Shown here piece after piece: positions 18,547 to 28,970 of a DNA stretch of 64,000 nucleotides (the first letter of the stretch is position 1; every line of letters begins with the position of its first letter). Made by a program: the position numbers and the translations under genes. Below the pieces are notes generated by a model, which saw only the letters and a list, made by a program, of their open reading frames with translations, searched no databases and was not told where the DNA came from. The stretch covers positions 156,177 to 220,176 of the forward strand of contig CABZYC010000001.1 of NCBI GenBank assembly GCA_902529885.1, in the 5' to 3' direction. The DNA is from an uncultured Candidatus Woesearchaeota archaeon (GTDB lineage Archaea > Nanobdellota > Nanobdellia > Woesearchaeales > GW2011-AR9).

Positions 18547-19578
18547 ATGCCGTTTAGATCGCACAGGTTTATTCAATCAATGTTGCACAATACTCAACAG
18601 CGTATGGTAGACATTTATAATAAGGATAAAACCTATTCAACATTAAAACAATACAAGATTTCACCAAAATTACTCAAACCGTCGAACGCAGCAGTTGAAT
18701 GGTGGTATTGGACAGGGCATTTGAATAATCGGTTCGGCTTTGAATTTTGTATGTTTAAACTTAACCCGCTAAAACAACGGTTAGGAATCGTGCCAATGTC
18801 CAGTGTACACCATAATGAATGGTACAGTTTACATGCAGCGATCACAGATGTTAAACAAAAAACGTTCATTGCAAAAAGTAGTGCATCATACTTCCATGAA
18901 CCAAAACCGTTACAGTCACCAAACGGAAAAATAACCAGTCTAAAAAAATTAGAATGTAATTTTAATAATCTTAAAATGGACTTATTAGTCGAACCACTTA
19001 CTAAGCTCTTATCACACAGTGAAACTGGTTATAACACTATAGGAGGTATACACAATTTATACTTGAGTTATCCTCGGTGCGATGTAACAGGTACAATCAC
19101 TTTAAACAATGAAACATTCAATGTTACAGGTGACGCTTGGTTCGACCACCAAAAAATGGCTGAGTCACACTTACCAAACATTAAAGGATGGGACTGGTTC
19201 TGTGCGCACATTGGCGATACAAACATTATGGTGTACCAATTACGAGAACATGCACACAATTCTGTAGCGGGGACAATACAAAATAAGCATACAGAGTTTG
19301 TTAAAGATATCATCTTTAAACCAACTAAATATTGGGTTAGTCCATCAACAAAAGCACGTTACCCAATTGAATGGGATATTACTATTAACAACATATTATA
19401 CAAGGTTAAAAGTAATGTTCAAAACCAAGAAATGAACCTTTTACATTCACCAATGGCATATTATGAAGGTTCTGTCTCGTGGTACAAGGGAAAAAAGAAG
19501 GTCGGCCATGGTTATATGGAGCTTGTAGGATACGATAAACGATTACGAACAAAACTTGTTGAAACAATAACGCGTTAA
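18547..19578 (+). CDS. AttH/CrtC-like lipocalin-fold protein (COG5621-like predicted hydrolase)
   Basis: VEWWYWTGHL resembles the conserved EWWY(F/Y)TG motif of the AttH/CrtC N-terminal domain. 343 aa. Confidence 0.4.
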   Translation: MPFRSHRFIQSMLHNTQQRMVDIYNKDKTYSTLKQYKISPKLLKPSNAAVEWWYWTGHLNNRFGFEFCMFKLNPLKQRLGIVPMSSVHHNEWYSLHAAITDVKQKTFIAKSSASYFHEPKPLQSPNGKITSLKKLECNFNNLKMDLLVEPLTKLLSHSETGYNTIGGIHNLYLSYPRCDVTGTITLNNETFNVTGDAWFDHQKMAESHLPNIKGWDWFCAHIGDTNIMVYQLREHAHNSVAGTIQNKHTEFVKDIIFKPTKYWVSPSTKARYPIEWDITINNILYKVKSNVQNQEMNLLHSPMAYYEGSVSWYKGKKKVGHGYMELVGYDKRLRTKLVETITR

Positions 19579-19874
19579 TTAAACGTTTGGTCGCCACTCA
19601 ACGTAACAATTCGGCGTGATTCATCAAAGTCAACGTCTAACCTTGTAAGATTATTAATTACAAGATCATTACCGTTCAAATAAAAACTCACGTTTGCAAG
19701 TTCGTGAAGACGAACCTTAACAACTTCGTCAAACTCAATACTTTTGAAAGGTACCCTTGCTTTTAAATGAGGATTGTTTTCGTCAAACAAAGCTACAATA
19801 CAGTTCCAAAGGCCATCAGCATCCTTACCAGGTTTACGTGAGACAACCACACTTTTTGTTTGAAATTGTAACAT
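19575..19874 (-). CDS. Hypothetical protein
   Basis: 99-aa ORF with codon usage consistent with its neighbours. No motif. Confidence 0.3.
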   Translation of the reverse strand: MLQFQTKSVVVSRKPGKDADGLWNCIVALFDENNPHLKARVPFKSIEFDEVVKVRLHELANVSFYLNGNDLVINNLTRLDVDFDESRRIVTLSGDQTFN

Positions 19875-19892
19875 AGTATAACTAGATAGCCG

Positions 19893-20231
19893 TCACTTTT
19901 TAAACCTTTGGAGTAGACCACGATAACCAAAATAATACCCTATGGTGTATAATGCAACATAAAAAATATATGCTTGGATGTTAAAATAAAGTAAAGGGAT
20001 ACCTAATAAGATAACAATTATACTAATAAAACTGTAAGGTGCACCGTACCATGCAGCCTCGGTACCGAGAATAAACCCTAATACCGCCATCAAAAATGCA
20101 CCTTTTGGAAAAATGTTTGAAACCATAAGTGCTAAACAAACAAGAGATAAAGTTAAACCTAAAAAGTATTCTAGCCAATGCTCTTCAAAGTTTAATGCCA
20201 TAATAATGCTACCACTGCAGTAAATGTACAA
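19893..20231 (-). CDS. Membrane protein (hypothetical)
   Basis: Three hydrophobic helices. Confidence 0.35.
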   Translation of the reverse strand: MYIYCSGSIIMALNFEEHWLEYFLGLTLSLVCLALMVSNIFPKGAFLMAVLGFILGTEAAWYGAPYSFISIIVILLGIPLLYFNIQAYIFYVALYTIGYYFGYRGLLQRFKK

Positions 20232-20902
20232 ATGACTACTGCCAAAATAGTTGTTAAAGTTGTAGGAATCAATATAGAAATAGATAAAATTGCCACAAAA
20301 AATAGTAAGAATGTGTACAGTGTCCTGCTACCAAAAAAAACTTGTAAACCTTCTAGCCAAGGCATTGGTAAAACTTGCATTATGCTTAACACTACTAAAA
20401 AAAATACTGCTTTCTCTAAAATGAACCAGTCAACATAAAGTGTGAAAACACGAAGTAATGTCGCAATTGATAATGTTAAAAGAGTAGTAAAACATACTAC
20501 TAAGGCATGCTCATAATAGTCGTGCCCATAAAAAAATTTGCCTAACCTTTGACGTTTTAAGAATGTTGTTTGGAAAGACCCAACCAAAGGCAAAAAAACG
20601 TAGCCAAACGTTAAAACACTCATAAAAGTCGTGAAGATTATTCCTTCCCAAAATGGTTTATAATGTAATGTGTAACCTTGCATCAAAGAAAAAATCTTTT
20701 GTGCACATAACCTGCCAACCAATAGTAATAACAAAAGGACGTATAAACCAATAAACGAAAACAGCCAAATAACAATACCTGTCCCTTCAGGAATATGAAA
20801 TAAGGATATAAATGTAAATATGAAAGTGAACACCGCTAAGCTCTGTATTTCATATAAGTCTATTTTAAAATAAGTCTTATATAATGTTCGCCAATCATCC
20901 AT
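20192..20902 (-). CDS. Polytopic membrane protein (hypothetical)
   Basis: Six or more predicted TM helices. Confidence 0.35.
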   Translation of the reverse strand: MDDWRTLYKTYFKIDLYEIQSLAVFTFIFTFISLFHIPEGTGIVIWLFSFIGLYVLLLLLLVGRLCAQKIFSLMQGYTLHYKPFWEGIIFTTFMSVLTFGYVFLPLVGSFQTTFLKRQRLGKFFYGHDYYEHALVVCFTTLLTLSIATLLRVFTLYVDWFILEKAVFFLVVLSIMQVLPMPWLEGLQVFFGSRTLYTFLLFFVAILSISILIPTTLTTILAVVICTFTAVVALLWH

Positions 20903-20934
20903 AGTTTTAAAAGGGCGTTTAAAGTATAAAAAAC

Positions 20935-21825
20935 CTACGACTTTACAAATGTGTAAAAATTATAAGCATGTTGACCACGTAAAAGTTGCTCGTTGTTCGT
21001 TACTTTAAACAAAGGGTGAGGATGCAAATAACATTGTGAACGGCAAAATATATTTATTATTGAACCCTTCTTAGCCAAAGAGAAATAATTGAAAATAGTG
21101 TCTAAACTTTTTTCATCGTTACGAGTCAAAAAAACAAGGTTACGTTGAGCAGGTTGTAATTTTTCTATCAAGTTTTTCCAATCGCCACCATGCACAATTA
21201 TTTTATCACGAATGTTAGCTAACCGAAGATGACGGTCCAAACTCCGGATAGTATTCAATTCTGGTTCATAAACGTGCTGTGTGCCATAATCCTCCTTATA
21301 ACGGTGCACTTGTTCAAATAATAACGCACCATCTTTTACACCATAAATCTGTAATCCTTCTAAACAAGGATCACTTTTTTGCACAATCATGAAAGCGAAG
21401 TCGCCCCGTAAACCTTGTTTATGCGCAAAAATTCGATAATCACGTTTTGACAAGTCTTTATCATGTAATTGTAAACAGAGGTAATCTTTTTCAGCACGAA
21501 CAACACGCAAAACAAAATCAGGTGTTTTATAATTAATCTTACGTTTTGCAAGGCCTGCAAGGTAAGGGTGAATCTCAGAACGTACTTCTTTTGGCACACC
21601 ACTAAATTCTATAGTTATACTACCTTCTTCCAAATGAGGAAATTTTTCTAAAGTTAAAAGGTTACCTTCTTGTAATACTTCACACATGAACCTGATACTT
21701 TGTAATGAAGGTAACAAACTTCTCACTGAATCATCACAAACAAACACTGTATCGTGTTGCTCATAGTTATATCCTTCCAGCTCCACTTTGGTTGCTTCTG
21801 GAACATCAGAAATGATAGTTATCAT
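20935..21825 (-). CDS. Hypothetical protein (possible THUMP-like RNA-binding N-terminal region)
   Basis: 296 aa, 4-nt overlap with gyrA. No confident motif. Confidence 0.3.
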   Translation of the reverse strand: MITIISDVPEATKVELEGYNYEQHDTVFVCDDSVRSLLPSLQSIRFMCEVLQEGNLLTLEKFPHLEEGSITIEFSGVPKEVRSEIHPYLAGLAKRKINYKTPDFVLRVVRAEKDYLCLQLHDKDLSKRDYRIFAHKQGLRGDFAFMIVQKSDPCLEGLQIYGVKDGALLFEQVHRYKEDYGTQHVYEPELNTIRSLDRHLRLANIRDKIIVHGGDWKNLIEKLQPAQRNLVFLTRNDEKSLDTIFNYFSLAKKGSIINIFCRSQCYLHPHPLFKVTNNEQLLRGQHAYNFYTFVKS

Positions 21826-24203
21826 TCAATTTTTGCGATCGCTGCTACACGATCACCCTCATTCAAACGCATTACACGGACACCTTGTGTTACTCTACCA
21901 ATCACATTTATTGAATCACAAGAAACACGTATCCCAATACCTTTCTCTGAAACCAAAAATAGATCCTCGGTCCCATCAACAAGCATAGAAGTTAACACAG
22001 GGCCTGTCTTATCAGATAACTTGAAATTGGTTACACCTTTCGTTGCACGGTGACAAAGTCGATACTCGTTTACTAACGTCCGTTTACCATATCCGTTCTC
22101 AGTGATAGTCAAAATGTGTTTTGTGTCATCAGCAATAATCATTGCAACAACTTCACTTCCACTTTTTATACCGGTCACACCTCGCGCAGTTCTTCCCATT
22201 GGACGAACTTCTGCTTCTAAAAAGCGTGTAGCCCTACCAGCTTTGTTAATCAACATAATCTGTTTTGTACCATCAGTCACACGGACATCAATCAAAGCAT
22301 CATTATCTAAATTTATAGCCCTAATTCCGCCTTTCCTTGGCCTACTAAACGCTTCAAGTGGCGTTTTTTTGACATAACCATTACGTGTTGCCATAAACAA
22401 AAAGCCTTCAGAGAAATCTTTTATTGGAATCACATTTGTGACTGTAGCATCACCTATATTTAACAAGTTTTTAACATGTGTACCCTTACTAGTTCTACTT
22501 GAATCAGGCAATTTCCATACTTTTGTCCAATGAACATTACCTGTATTAGTGAAAACTAATAAATGGTCATGGTTGTGAGCAACGTACACTTGAGCAATAT
22601 AATCATCTTCTTTGGTTTGTGCCGCACGGATACCTTTACCACCTCGGCCCTGACTTTGATAAGTATCTAATGTAACACGTTTTATGTATCCTTGTTTACT
22701 CACAGTTACTACTTGAGGAAGGTTTTCAATCATGTCTTCCATATCAATATCATTAACATCACCAAGACTCACCTTAGTACGGCGAGAATCACCGTAACGT
22801 TCAATGACTGAATCTAATTCAGTATGAATCAAAGTATCTACTCGGTGAGGGTTAGATAATATTGAACGCATATCGTCACAGAAGTCAAGTAGATCTTTGT
22901 GTTCAACACGGATCTTTTCTTGTTCTAATGAAGCTAATTTTTGAAGTTTCAAATCTAATATTGCTTTACTTTGTATGTCTGATAACGAATATTTTTCAAT
23001 CAACATAGATTGAGCAACTTGTGCACTTGCACTATTCTTTATAAGCGGTATTATCTCATCAATGTTGTTCAAGGCAATAAGTAATCCATCTAAAACATGC
23101 AACCTTTTTTCTGCTTTTTGAAGTTGATAGGTAGTACGTCTACGAATAACAACTCGCCTATGCTCAATATGGTGCACTAAAAAGTCTTTCAAACCCACTT
23201 TTTGAGGTTTATTATCTATCAATGCAAGCATGTTCATTGAAAAGTTGATCCGTAACCTACTATACTTGTATAATTGGTTCAATACAATTGTACCGTCAGC
23301 ATCACGTTTGAGATCAATAACAACACGTATACCTTCACGGTCACTTTCATCATTAATGTTACGTATACCTTCAACACGTTTATCTTTTACAAGGTCCGCT
23401 ATTTGTATAATTAAGTCGGCTTTATTAACTTGGTATGGAATCTCACTAATGATAATCCGTGTATCTTCAACAGTTGCAACACCCTGCAAAGTAACACTAC
23501 CGTGCCCTGTCTCGTAAGCATTGATTAATCGTGAACCCCTAAAACATTCTGCGCCAGTCGGAAAATCAGGGGCAGGTACAATCTCCATTAATTCACGAAC
23601 ACTGATATTTGAATCATCTAACACCTTCTTGGTTGCTTCACACACCTCTTTAACGTTATGAGGTGGAATACTTGTAGCCATACCAACTGCAATACCATTA
23701 CTACCATTTACTAACAATTGAGGTACGATGGTTGGCAACACAGAAGGTTCTTTTAAACTAGCATCAAAATTGTCAACAAAATCTACTGTGTCTTTATCGA
23801 TATCTTTCAATAAATCTTCTGCAAATTTTTGTAATTTTGCTTCAGTATATCTCATTGCTGCAGCATTATCGCCGTCTATACTACCAAAATTACCTTGTCC
23901 TTTAATCAATGGATAACGTAGACTGAACTCTTGCGCCATTCGCACTAATGAGTCGTAAACTGCAGTGTCCCCATGAGGGTGGTACTTACCTAACACTTCA
24001 CCAACTATACGTGCCGATTTTTTTGAAGATTTATTATGGAACATCCCCATATCATACATAGCATATAATATACGCCTGTGAACTGGTTTTAATCCATCAC
24101 GAATATCGGGCAATGCACGACCAACTATCACTGACATGGCGTAGGTTACATACGCGGTTGTCATCTCTTCTTTAATTGTACGTTCAACTACGTCTTGATT
24201 CAT
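21822..24203 (-). CDS. gyrA: DNA gyrase subunit A
   Basis: N-terminal [28 protein letters not shown] (active-site Tyr region), GyrA box-like C-terminal beta-pinwheel repeats. 793 aa. Confidence 0.9.
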   Translation of the reverse strand: MNQDVVERTIKEEMTTAYVTYAMSVIVGRALPDIRDGLKPVHRRILYAMYDMGMFHNKSSKKSARIVGEVLGKYHPHGDTAVYDSLVRMAQEFSLRYPLIKGQGNFGSIDGDNAAAMRYTEAKLQKFAEDLLKDIDKDTVDFVDNFDASLKEPSVLPTIVPQLLVNGSNGIAVGMATSIPPHNVKEVCEATKKVLDDSNISVRELMEIVPAPDFPTGAECFRGSRLINAYETGHGSVTLQGVATVEDTRIIISEIPYQVNKADLIIQIADLVKDKRVEGIRNINDESDREGIRVVIDLKRDADGTIVLNQLYKYSRLRINFSMNMLALIDNKPQKVGLKDFLVHHIEHRRVVIRRRTTYQLQKAEKRLHVLDGLLIALNNIDEIIPLIKNSASAQVAQSMLIEKYSLSDIQSKAILDLKLQKLASLEQEKIRVEHKDLLDFCDDMRSILSNPHRVDTLIHTELDSVIERYGDSRRTKVSLGDVNDIDMEDMIENLPQVVTVSKQGYIKRVTLDTYQSQGRGGKGIRAAQTKEDDYIAQVYVAHNHDHLLVFTNTGNVHWTKVWKLPDSSRTSKGTHVKNLLNIGDATVTNVIPIKDFSEGFLFMATRNGYVKKTPLEAFSRPRKGGIRAINLDNDALIDVRVTDGTKQIMLINKAGRATRFLEAEVRPMGRTARGVTGIKSGSEVVAMIIADDTKHILTITENGYGKRTLVNEYRLCHRATKGVTNFKLSDKTGPVLTSMLVDGTEDLFLVSEKGIGIRVSCDSINVIGRVTQGVRVMRLNEGDRVAAIAKIE

Positions 24204-24234
24204 AACAAAGTGCAGAGTGTACAGTATAAAAAGG

Positions 24235-24849
24235 TTATGACGTCTTTAACTGCATCATGGCCTTTTTTATTTCATCTTGCGTGTTTTTTTCATTTTTTAT
24301 TGAATCTTTAGTACGAATAAGCGTATCAATTTCACTGTCAATTTCATCAACATTGTCCTTTACTACACCAGGTATTTTATCTAAAAAAGCTTGTTTACTT
24401 GCATCACTTGGAAGATCAAAATATTTGAAAAAATGTTTTGTTAACACTAGTTTATAAGTTCGACCGAATGGATCTTTGCGAACAAAACCACGGTCAACAA
24501 GTTGGTGCATATGGTCATATGCAGAAGGGCCCCTTAATTTTACAACTTCAGATTGCACTACTGGATATTTCCAAGCAATTATTGCCAAAGTTTCCATTAC
24601 ATTTTGAGGTAATTCAATCGCGTGTACCACTGGCGCAACACAGTCTATAAACGTATCATGCACAGCCAATTTCCAAGAATTATCTTGTTCTAGAATAATA
24701 AGACTAGTACCTTCAATACGATCTTTTAATTTGGTTATGATAGAAGGTAATTCTTCTTCTTTACAACCAGTATATTTTGCTAATTCTTTCACGCTCACAA
24801 AACGGGCAGCAGCAAACAAAACAGATTCAACCTTGTTCAACTTACTCAT
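24235..24849 (-). CDS. scpB: Segregation and condensation protein B (ScpB)
   Basis: Tandem winged-helix pattern, N-terminal VESVLFAA-type stretch, 204 aa. Confidence 0.55.
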   Translation of the reverse strand: MSKLNKVESVLFAAARFVSVKELAKYTGCKEEELPSIITKLKDRIEGTSLIILEQDNSWKLAVHDTFIDCVAPVVHAIELPQNVMETLAIIAWKYPVVQSEVVKLRGPSAYDHMHQLVDRGFVRKDPFGRTYKLVLTKHFFKYFDLPSDASKQAFLDKIPGVVKDNVDEIDSEIDTLIRTKDSIKNEKNTQDEIKKAMMQLKTS

Positions 24850-25418
24850 AGTAATTTGTACACCCCTTCCACCAACTCAATTTTTTTATCGTCCACCATT
24901 TTATCTAAATACATACCAAGTCTCTTCTCATCAACACCAGTCAATTTACTCAGGTTTTCAAGAGTACGCTTCTCCTGTGTGATTAAAACACGTAAAAAAT
25001 TGTACATGAGCAAATTCATGTTACGTTTCAAAAAAGTGTTTTCATTATGCACTTTTTTAGAAACCATGTCTACTTGGTGTAATCTACTTTGTAAGGTGTT
25101 AAGTAAGTGACTTAAAACTTCATGATTGAATTCAATCTTTTCAGGGTCAATTACTTCAATGTTACTTGGCATATACTCAAAACAAAGTTCTACCAAGGAA
25201 CTAGGATTCTTAACTAAAACTTCAAATTCGCCAAATGTACTCCATAAGCTCCCGCCTTCTTTAATACCATCTTCAATCTCCTTTACTTTAGCTAGATCTT
25301 TACTTCTGACAGTGTACCGCTCATCACCTGTCAGTTTGTCAGATAAATTCTGTAAAGTCTCTTCAACATGTAGTTGGGGCTTACCCAAAATCTCAAGCAT
25401 AATACGTACTGTAATCAT
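24846..25418 (-). CDS. Hypothetical protein with C-terminal winged helix (possibly a divergent kleisin/ScpA-like partner)
   Basis: 4-nt overlap with scpB. The C-terminal sequence [35 protein letters not shown] looks like a winged helix. No ScpA N-terminal motif. Confidence 0.3.
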   Translation of the reverse strand: MITVRIMLEILGKPQLHVEETLQNLSDKLTGDERYTVRSKDLAKVKEIEDGIKEGGSLWSTFGEFEVLVKNPSSLVELCFEYMPSNIEVIDPEKIEFNHEVLSHLLNTLQSRLHQVDMVSKKVHNENTFLKRNMNLLMYNFLRVLITQEKRTLENLSKLTGVDEKRLGMYLDKMVDDKKIELVEGVYKLL

Positions 25419-25488
25419 GAGAAAAATAGTGTAGACCCACTATAAAAAGATATTGTATTGGTTATTAACCATTATGTAGTACTCAATA

Positions 25489-26022
25489 ATGTTTTTAAGG
25501 GGTAAAAATAGTGTTTTGAAGATGGGATGGTTCAGTAAAAAGAAAAAACCTCTTCCTCGGCCTTCGCCGAGCTTGGTAGATGATTCACCGTTAAATTTTT
25601 CACCAGAAGATTTACATGCAGACGATTTGAAGGCTGCAGCAGGAGTACTTGATGATTTAAGCACACCACTTAACCCTGCACCAGAACCGATTGCTGAACC
25701 ATTTACTATGCCAGAAACTGAGCCAGAACCTCAACCAGTGATTGAACCAGAAAACATTAGCAGTGCACAAAGTGTATCACCTGCGCCTAGGCCAATGATA
25801 CCTACTCAAATTGCAGGAGAATTACATATGCATGTTGATGGCTACAAACTTATCCTTGGAAACATTGATGAAGGATCGTCTGGTATGACAGACCTACAAA
25901 AGTTGACTAAAAATCTTCTTGAATCAGAGTATAATGAACAAAAAAATTTTCATGCCTTAAAAAATAGTATGAAAGAGTTGCACGACAAATTATTGTCTGC
26001 AGACGAAATTATGTTTAGGTGA
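25489..26022 (+). CDS. Pro/Glu-rich hypothetical protein
   Basis: The start is probably the Met at about 25522 (MGWFSKKKKP). A low-complexity PEP-rich linker is followed by a helical C-terminal domain. Confidence 0.4.
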   Translation: MFLRGKNSVLKMGWFSKKKKPLPRPSPSLVDDSPLNFSPEDLHADDLKAAAGVLDDLSTPLNPAPEPIAEPFTMPETEPEPQPVIEPENISSAQSVSPAPRPMIPTQIAGELHMHVDGYKLILGNIDEGSSGMTDLQKLTKNLLESEYNEQKNFHALKNSMKELHDKLLSADEIMFR

Positions 26023-26028
26023 TATATT

Positions 26029-26256
26029 ATGGAAAAAGTACCAGTATACGTAAAAATTGATGAGTACCAAGATGTACTCGACATCATTCACACAGTCCAA
26101 TCAAAACTTGATGAGGCAAAACGAACGTTAGAAAAGATTAATGGTCTTAAAAGTGAAGAAGACACCCTGATTGACCAATGGCAAAAAAGTTTGACTGAAG
26201 TTGGAAAAAAAGTAGATTTCATAGATAGGACATTAAACGAACCAGAGCAATACTAA
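26029..26256 (+). CDS. Small coiled-coil protein
   Basis: 75 aa, begins 7 nt after the upstream stop. Confidence 0.4.
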   Translation: MEKVPVYVKIDEYQDVLDIIHTVQSKLDEAKRTLEKINGLKSEEDTLIDQWQKSLTEVGKKVDFIDRTLNEPEQY

Positions 26257-26651
26257 TGGCAAAACGTAACCGAGAAATTGAACCATCGTACATGGTTAGG
26301 GTACCAGACCCTACAACTGTCCGTAGAGACATTCTTGAATCGTTACGAGAAGTTATTTTGTTCATGCAGGCTTACGAACATTTTAACACGATACAAGAAG
26401 AGAAAAAGGCTATCATGAACGATGTTCGTGAACAAGTTAAAGAAATATCAAGAATCATTAACACTGATCTTAAATCTAAGTTACCACGTGGTAAACTTAA
26501 AGCATTACATGATAAATATAAGGCTCGAGAATCTTCGTCACCAAAAATTGTTAAACGGCCGACCACAAGAGACATTATGCCTTCAAACAGCCTTGATAAT
26601 CTTGAAAACCAATTAAGAGATATTGAAAGACAACTAAAAGATATTCAATAA
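26256..26651 (+). CDS. Small coiled-coil protein
   Basis: 131 aa, start overlaps the upstream stop. Confidence 0.4.
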   Translation: MAKRNREIEPSYMVRVPDPTTVRRDILESLREVILFMQAYEHFNTIQEEKKAIMNDVREQVKEISRIINTDLKSKLPRGKLKALHDKYKARESSSPKIVKRPTTRDIMPSNSLDNLENQLRDIERQLKDIQ

Positions 26652-26797
26652 TTTTTTATTTTATAATTTATCAAAAAAAGAGTGTTAAAATGACAAAAAT
26701 GTTTTATTAATAATAAGCTATAAAGCGAAGTTAGAAACATGGCGAGCCACACTTTATACTCAATACCTTTTTATAGTGACTGCATTCTCTAGAGATT

Positions 26798-28144
26798 ATG
26801 GTTTTAGAAGTAAAAACAATAGGGGGCTACTCTGAATGTGGTCGTAATTGTACGGCAATTAGAGTAGACGATGAAGTTATCCTCCTAGATATTGGGCTTG
26901 AGATGGAAAATTATGTTAAGTACCAACAAACAGACAGAGACAATTTACAACGTGTTACATATGATGAATTGTTAGAAGTAAACGCAGTACCAAACGTGCA
27001 TTTACTAGATGAATGGAAATCAATGGTAAAAGCTATTGTGCCTTCACACGGTCATTTAGACCATATTGGAGCTATACCTTTTACTGCACCATTGTTTCCC
27101 AACGCACCGATTATTAGTACCCCGTATACCATCGAAGTTATCAAGAGTATACTTCGTGATGAACGTATAAGGTTACACAATAGATTAATAGCACAAAATA
27201 GTAACACAACATATAAGATTAGTGATAAAATTAAGATTGAGTTTGTACATGTTACACACTCAATCCCACACACAGCAACAGTGGTTATCCATACACCTTA
27301 CGGAAGAATTGTGTATGCTAACGATTACAAATTTGACCTTAATCCATTATTAGGAAAAAAACCAAACTTTGCACGGCTTAAAGAATTAGGTGAAGAGGGC
27401 GTAGACCTGTTGTTAAGTGAGTGTTTATACGCACACGTTCCAATGCGGTCACCAAGTGAAGCAATAGCAAAACAAATGCTTAAAGACGTGCTTAATGGAA
27501 CAGATGTTGAAGGAAAAGCAATTATTTGTACTACCTTCGCTAGCCACATTGCACGCCTTAAAATATTGATTGAACTTGCTGAAAAAATGGGCAGAAAAGT
27601 TGTCCTTTTCGGTCGTTCACTTGGTAAATATATTGATGCCGCAGAACGTATCAAATTAGTCAATTTTAGTAAAAGAGTAGACATTGTTACAAGACGTAAA
27701 GCTATCGAACAGTATATGCGAAAAATTAACAAAGTAGGCGCGGACAAATATTTCATAATTTGTACTGGTCACCAAGGTGAGCCACGAGCAATTTTGTCTC
27801 GTATAGCTAATGGGGAATTACCTTTAAACTTAAAACAAGACGATATGGTTCTGTTTAGTGCATCAGTTATCCCAGTAGAAGTTAGTATTGCAAATCGTGC
27901 TGCTTTAGAAGCAAACTTACATAAAAGAGGAATCCGGTTCTTTACAGATTTACACGTTAGTGGACACGGGCATAGAGAGGATTATAGGGAAATGTTACAA
28001 ATTGTAAAACCTAAACATATCATCCCATGTCATGCAGGGCCAAGCTTTGCTGCAAACTTTAGTGATCTTGCACAACAACTAGGTTATAAAGAAGGAGAAA
28101 ACATCCATATTATGGAAAACGGGAAATCCTTCAAACTACAGTAG
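26798..28144 (+). CDS. rnj: Ribonuclease J (metallo-beta-lactamase/beta-CASP)
   Basis: HGHLDH (HxHxDH) motif, beta-CASP motifs, 448 aa typical of archaeal RNase J. Confidence 0.8.
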   Translation: MVLEVKTIGGYSECGRNCTAIRVDDEVILLDIGLEMENYVKYQQTDRDNLQRVTYDELLEVNAVPNVHLLDEWKSMVKAIVPSHGHLDHIGAIPFTAPLFPNAPIISTPYTIEVIKSILRDERIRLHNRLIAQNSNTTYKISDKIKIEFVHVTHSIPHTATVVIHTPYGRIVYANDYKFDLNPLLGKKPNFARLKELGEEGVDLLLSECLYAHVPMRSPSEAIAKQMLKDVLNGTDVEGKAIICTTFASHIARLKILIELAEKMGRKVVLFGRSLGKYIDAAERIKLVNFSKRVDIVTRRKAIEQYMRKINKVGADKYFIICTGHQGEPRAILSRIANGELPLNLKQDDMVLFSASVIPVEVSIANRAALEANLHKRGIRFFTDLHVSGHGHREDYREMLQIVKPKHIIPCHAGPSFAANFSDLAQQLGYKEGENIHIMENGKSFKLQ

Positions 28145-28181
28145 AACAATCTTTTTAAGGTATGGATACCACCAGTTTCGT

Positions 28182-28919
28182 ATGAAACTGGTATTATCTG
28201 ACCTCAAATTATTCAAAGACACTATTTCTATTGTTTCTGAATTGGTTAATGAAGTAACGTTTAATCTTAATGAAAACCGACTTGAATTAGTTGCTATTGA
28301 CGCAGGAAACGTGGCAATGGTCCAATTACGCTTATTATCTTCAAATTTTACTGAATGTGAAGTTGAAGGAGAAGAAAAAATAAGTTTGAATCTTAGTAGT
28401 TTAAAACAGATTCTTCGACGTGCAAAAAGTAGTGAGGTTTTAACTATGAGTACTAATGAAAGTCACCTTGAACTTGTGTTACAAGGTAAAACCAGAAAAT
28501 CGTTCACACTACCATTATTAGATGACGGTGAAGCACAAACTGTGCCACCATTAGAATTTCCAGTTAATGTGACATTACCAAGCAGTTTGTTGAGTGAAAG
28601 TATTGATGATATGAGCGTAGTTAGCGAAAGTATGTCTTTCATGCTTGGCGCAGATACCTTATCAGTCATGGCAAAAGGTGATTTAAGCGATGCACATGTT
28701 GACATCCCCCAAGATGAAGATGTCCGTATATCCTCAGACGGTACACCGCGAAAAAGTAAGTATGGTCTTGAATTTTTAAAAAAAATGGTTAATGGTTCAA
28801 AATTGTCTGATGTTGTTATCATGTCACTAGACACAAATTATCCGTTACGTTTAGACTACGGTGTTCCAGACAAGATCGCTTTAAGTTTTATCCTTGCACC
28901 ACGTGTTGACAACGATTAA
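28182..28919 (+). CDS. pcn: DNA polymerase sliding clamp PCNA
   Basis: 245 aa. N-terminal MKLVLSDLKLFKDTISIVSELVNEVTF matches the PCNA start, with an acidic PIP-binding region. Confidence 0.8.
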   Translation: MKLVLSDLKLFKDTISIVSELVNEVTFNLNENRLELVAIDAGNVAMVQLRLLSSNFTECEVEGEEKISLNLSSLKQILRRAKSSEVLTMSTNESHLELVLQGKTRKSFTLPLLDDGEAQTVPPLEFPVNVTLPSSLLSESIDDMSVVSESMSFMLGADTLSVMAKGDLSDAHVDIPQDEDVRISSDGTPRKSKYGLEFLKKMVNGSKLSDVVIMSLDTNYPLRLDYGVPDKIALSFILAPRVDND

Positions 28920-28970
28920 TATAACATAAATACCTTTAAATTTATAAAAAATGACTACTTTTTAGTAGTT

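Noticed and set aside
24846-25418. Calling this ORF ScpA (kleisin) because it follows scpB
   Set aside because: The N-terminal ScpA motif is absent and the size (190 aa) is short. I kept it only as a winged-helix hypothetical with a note.
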